Below are positions 60,801-64,000 of a DNA stretch of 64,000 bases, one piece after another. The DNA is from Phoronis australis (lineage: Eukaryota > Animalia > Phoronida): the NCBI GenBank assembly GCA_002633005.1, contig NMRA01000460.1, positions 177,653-241,652 on the forward strand. The letters run 5' to 3'. Position 1 is the first letter of the stretch. The number at the start of each line of letters is the position of its first letter. A program made the position numbers and the translations under genes. A model generated the notes under the pieces. It ran no database searches and had not been told where the DNA came from. It was given only the letters and a program-made list of their open reading frames with translations.

Positions 60801-63658
60801 TGTGTCCGGTTCTATTACATTATACTAGGTTTGTGGATTCTAATTAGTCTTCTATTTTTAACAAGTAATCTTAACGGAATCGTTCCAAGTTTCGCAATCT
60901 GCGTGTGTTCGCAAGATTTCGCGATGCTTTACCGATTCGTGAGCTAATTAGGTTTTTCTCGCAAGTGTTTTGCGAAACGGAACGTGTCTCAGCGTATTTT
61001 CTTAAATTGCCAGCATGAATCTTCACATGCTAACAGATTATGACTCAAAAATAATTTTCAAATAGATTACTTCTTTAAAAAGCTCCCTCCGTAATAGTTT
61101 ACATGATAGTCACCATCAGCAAAATTGGGGCTAAGATCACAGATCCTACAGACAATTTCGTAGATATCACAAACTGTTACATGTACTAAGTTGTCTCAAG
61201 ACACTTGTCAAAAATGCTTGCATGAAGCACAATCATTGGAATTCCTCATGGATAAAAAATTCTTCAATGAAATGACCTTTTGTATTGCTATGTCCATCAG
61301 GATAGATGAGATGCCAAAAATAATCATCAATCGAATTTCTTATTTTTCAACCCAAAATCCCAAATACGTGACTGTTCCACCGGTCCTAGCGCGGACATAA
61401 GATTCCAGTTGCTCTAGTCCTCCAAGATCCTAGCAAGTTAGGTTACTATAGGACATTACCAACCACATTGTGTCCAATTCCCACTTGTCTGATACTTGTA
61501 TTTACAACAAAAAATTCGAGCTGAACAAATTAGTGAGACTCCCAGAGCAGAAGCCAGAGAGGTGGACTTTTTTACTCTAAACCACGTCGAAAAAATAATC
61601 AATACCATTTGCTGCAATTTAGTCCGCTCGTTTTTTATGTATTTTTTATTTATTTTTTATAGAAAAATTTAGTCACATAATTGCTGTCACATCCGACCCG
61701 CCCTTGTTTTCATTTTTTGGGAGCTGGCAAACCGTGGCATTTGTTGACCTTGTGGCCAATAGAACTCGGATATTATAAATTGTATTTGCAGACATTGTTC
61801 ACGTGTAAAGTTATGTTTTTGCACACCAAAATTTCACACGTTTTCAAAATAGTGTTTGCCATGTTAAATTTTAGGATTACTGCTATCATAAAGCTGTAAT
61901 TTCTTAACTTGGCTTCTAGAGCGCGTAGTGATAACTCAACACGTTGGCATTCAGGTTATGTCGGGTTCTAGAAAATTGTCGAAATTTGGAACACCATATG
62001 TCCCCGCCAGGCACAACCACACATTCGTTTTCGACGAGAAGACATGTATAAACGGAAATTCGAATATTTCACATTTTCAATTTAGGTCGGATGCTTGTTG
62101 GTGCTACCGTTTACCGCTCGTCAAACGGACGACGGGGTGATCCGATTTATAATTCATTCCGGAACACGAAATCTTCCGCTGCGTTCTGGAAATGGGAGTT
62201 ATATGAGCACGAGATTGATCCGACTTCTTCAGATCCAGGGATCCATTTTCCAGTCGAGGTATGAAATATATTAGTCATGGTTCAGCTTTGAGTAATAGTT
62301 ACTGCAAGAGCTTTTGAAGAATGGAATTCAATTTTGCCAACTTTGCGTCTCCTTCAAGTTCATTTTCTTCTGGTCACCTTTTTCTAGGACTCCCTGAACA
62401 TTAGAAGGCAAAAAGATTTTAGTTTACACTATGAAACGCGTTACCATGCTAATTGGACACTCATGTGATGAGGATTTATTACTACCACTGCAAACACTAT
62501 AACGTCGTGAAATGGAGGTCGTCAATTGCAACGTCTATCGAAACACGTTTCAGGTTCTACTCTTGTTTCGGGCTGTGACCAGCAGTAGGCAGTTTTAGCG
62601 TTCAGTAACACAATGGAAGTCGGCACAGCCTTTTTTCTAGAGTCATTTATTCTGAAGCGTGGCTTGTGCCGTTTGAACATTGTGTTAGCGGTGGATCGAG
62701 TACTGAGAATGGAGCCTTGCAATCCCGCCATAGTCTATAATGCAAGCCAGGGACATGTTGAAACTTTTGACTTTTTGATAGAATCCGTGTCTTGGATTTG
62801 TAGGTGTCGAGAATGATCGAGCCATGATGCGTAGAGATCATAGGACATTGTTGTGTTGTTTCAACAAAGTTCAGTTGGACCCTTGCATCCGTTTTCATTA
62901 GGGTGGTTTAAAGTTAAACATGGTTTATTTTGGACTTGGAACATGTTTAAACATACTCATGCTTTTCATTGAGGTTTAACTTTCAGATCAATGGTCTAAT
63001 AAACCTGGTTTAATTCCATTTTAAACTTGGTCTAAGTCGGTTTTCATTTCACCAACGAGGTCTGTGTTCCTCAGTCTTGCATTAAGATCTTAAACCAGAT
63101 TTAACTTTAGACCTGGTTAGAACCAGGTTTATGGCAAAGGTGCGCGATTTATGGGGTATCAACCGTGCATCTGAAAAACGCCGTAGTGTGCAATACCACG
63201 ACGCAACTTTAGAGTGAGAATAGAATATTTTCAATTTTCACTAAACAGTTCCATCAGGATTTCATGATGAAATTACAGTAGAAATTTCTTCTAATAGTCT
63301 ATAATCCAGGAAATTTACTTTTAACTGCAGAAGTTTTCGAAAGCCGATCTTGACTGCTTCATTCCACGTGTGGTGAGAACACTTCGTCTGGCTAAAATAC
63401 CGCAGAATATCGAATAGTAGTTCTATCATACTGGTTTTGAATTCATTTATTTGAATACTAGAGAAACACTGAATAGGAAAATATCACTTGACTTTCAACT
63501 TCTCTAACAAATTGTCTGTTAGATTGTAATCAGCGCTATGAAACAAGAAGGGATAGGATACGCGAGCATAGACGATATTGTGGTCACTCGAGGAAAATGT
63601 CCTATTAAGCCAACTGCACCCACCCTGCCGCCGCCTGTTACCCGACCACCGCCGACAG
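39604..63658 (+). CDS. Multidomain astacin-family zinc metalloprotease (SpAN/BP10-like): pro-astacin-EGF-CUB-EGF-TSP1-MAM; incomplete at both ends
   Basis: Phase-consistent exons 39604-39877, 46773-46911, 51164-51257, 51965-52162, 52523-52649, 54516-54623, 55259-55362, 55639-55763, 56691-56818, 58881-58988, 59606-59770, 60490-60828, 62086-62258, 63523-63658. RMKR|AIR cleavage site, HETSHAIGRWHEQAREDR zinc motif, YDYTSVMHY Met-turn. Confidence 0.93.
42915..43253 (-). mobile_element. P-element-like 5' remnant with decayed THAP first exon
   Basis: Minus terminus cacagaccgtagatag; GAF/CTAYGCSKS*LK..CFF/FLND*DR then a GT donor; homologous to 44510-44940. Confidence 0.55.
44510..44940 (-). mobile_element. 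Second THAP-exon transposon remnant
   Basis: 44708-44604: MSAEVPKKRIRGAFCA/CNSQLKNRDLHF/PNDKDR|gtgag. Confidence 0.55.
46773..46911 (+). CDS. Astacin catalytic exon (KVLAGISKLRETTCLNF)
   Basis: cag|at ... gg|gtaag. Confidence 0.88.
47045..48204 (-). mobile_element. Kolobok-like element A (internally deleted, THAP remnant)
   Basis: Termini aggagcacgccaccc / gggtggcattctccc with gtaa / ttaa flanks; ORF CIVPAC..FRLP..RRW..LRVCGR. Confidence 0.78.
48525..50583 (+). mobile_element. Kolobok-like element B, 2059 bp, TCAA target duplication, THAP pseudogene
   Basis: tcaa|agaagaatgccaccc ... ggcggcattctcct|tcaa; MVWCIIPVC..FPRE..RKW..LRVCGRHF..LKSDAVSSVF with stops. Confidence 0.82.
51164..51257 (+). 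CDS. Astacin catalytic exon (CNAAIGKKG..VNLG..C)
   Basis: cag|g ... gat|gtagg. Confidence 0.87.
51965..52162 (+). CDS. Astacin active-site exon (HExxHxxGxxH and Met-turn)
   Basis: ITTVIHETSHAIGRWHEQAREDR...PYDYTSVMHYSSK. Confidence 0.96.
52523..52649 (+). CDS. Astacin catalytic C-terminal exon (LSYYDQKVLNIAYNC)
   Basis: cag|ggt ... c|gtaag. Confidence 0.92.
53138..53791 (-). mobile_element. GC-rich MITE family copy with extra internal sequence
   Basis: catgcgagcacccag ... ctgggtacacgcatg; both ends match the 30898 family in reverse complement. Confidence 0.6.
54516..54623 (+). CDS. EGF-like exon (CENEGFVTKHCRCKCPPFVGGSRCE)
   Basis: Phase 1-1, 108 nt. Confidence 0.9.
55259..55362 (+). CDS. 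CUB exon 1 (CG..IKSPGY..YQNGLKCAWVVK), GC donor
   Basis: tag|gg ... aag|gcaagc. Confidence 0.85.
55639..55763 (+). CDS. CUB exon 2 (MKLEFLDFDVE..CKDSLEVR)
   Basis: cag|agc ... ag|gtaaa. Confidence 0.9.
56691..56818 (+). CDS. CUB exon 3 (FCG..NLMLIFRSN..GFK)
   Basis: tag|g ... g|gtaag. Confidence 0.9.
58047..58180. mobile_element. 134-bp MITE with perfect 13-bp TIR and 5-bp TSD
   Basis: tttca|catgggcggcgca ... tgcgccgcccatg|tttca. Confidence 0.85.
58881..58988 (+). CDS. EGF exon (CRSNPCQNGGEC..CKC..GRWCE)
   Basis: Phase 1-1, 108 nt, six Cys. Confidence 0.92.
59606..59770 (+). CDS. TSP1 exon (NGKWAEWGSWTSC..RWRQCTNPAPANGGRQC)
   Basis: Phase 1-1, WxxWxxW motif. Confidence 0.93.
60490..60828 (+). 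CDS. MAM exon 1 (CTFD..C..DHT..YCVRFYY)
   Basis: tag|gt ... g|gtttg, 339 nt open. Confidence 0.88.
62086..62258 (+). CDS. MAM exon 2
   Basis: tag|gt ... gag|gtatg; open and phase-compatible. Confidence 0.82.
63523..63658 (+). CDS. MAM exon 3 plus Pro/Thr linker (YASIDDIVVTRGKCP..PTLPPPVTRPPPT)
   Basis: tag|att ... g|gtagg; IDDI..G.C motif ending the MAM domain. Confidence 0.88.
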
Positions 63659-63789
63659 GTAGGTGACTCCGTTATCGTGAAAATAAACAATCATGTACAC
63701 CAGTTTCAATTTAACTGGCTTCTGCAGACAAAGCTAGTACACGACCACTCATAGTTCTGTCAACTAATTGGCTAATTCGCGCTTGACCA

Positions 63790-63917
63790 AAGAGAGAGGG
63801 GGGGAGGGGGAGAGAGAGAGGGAGGGAGGGGGAGAGAGAGAAGGAGGGAGGGAGAGAGAGAGAGAGAGAGGGAGGAAGAGGGAGAGAGAAAGAAGAAGGG
63901 GAGAGGAGGAAGAGAGA
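63790..63917. repeat. Polypurine (GA/GGA) low-complexity tract
   Basis: Read directly from the sequence. Confidence 0.9.
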
Positions 63918-64000
63918 TCATACGTTTATTAACTTATATAACGAATTTGTGTAATGCAATAAAGAAACAAAAAAGGTTTGGATATATATCAGGTGTCCCA

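Overview
AT-rich, intron- and transposon-dense animal DNA, not prokaryotic. An invertebrate, possibly a lophotrochozoan, is inferred from the repeat families and astacin type. Two spliced + strand genes were reconstructed by hand with consistent intron phases: (1) the last 10 coding exons of NPRL3 (GATOR1 subunit), 915-15142; (2) at least 14 exons of a secreted astacin zinc metalloprotease (pro-astacin-EGF-CUB-EGF-TSP1-MAM-Pro-rich linker), 39604-63658, continuing past the window end. The rest is a mobile-element patchwork: HINE/Helentron-like elements with ~145-bp tandem arrays, tRNA-derived SINEs, a decayed Gypsy element, a Penelope-like GIY-YIG 3' end with a variant hammerhead ribozyme, THAP-bearing Kolobok-, ISL2EU- and P-like remnants, pogo-like elements with HIRAN-like cargo, and many MITEs. 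Top leads are co-oriented CTCF-consensus motifs in most monomers of the intronic arrays, the ribozyme, and a MITE apparently sitting inside an astacin pro-domain exon. All calls are by eye; no alignments or searches were run.
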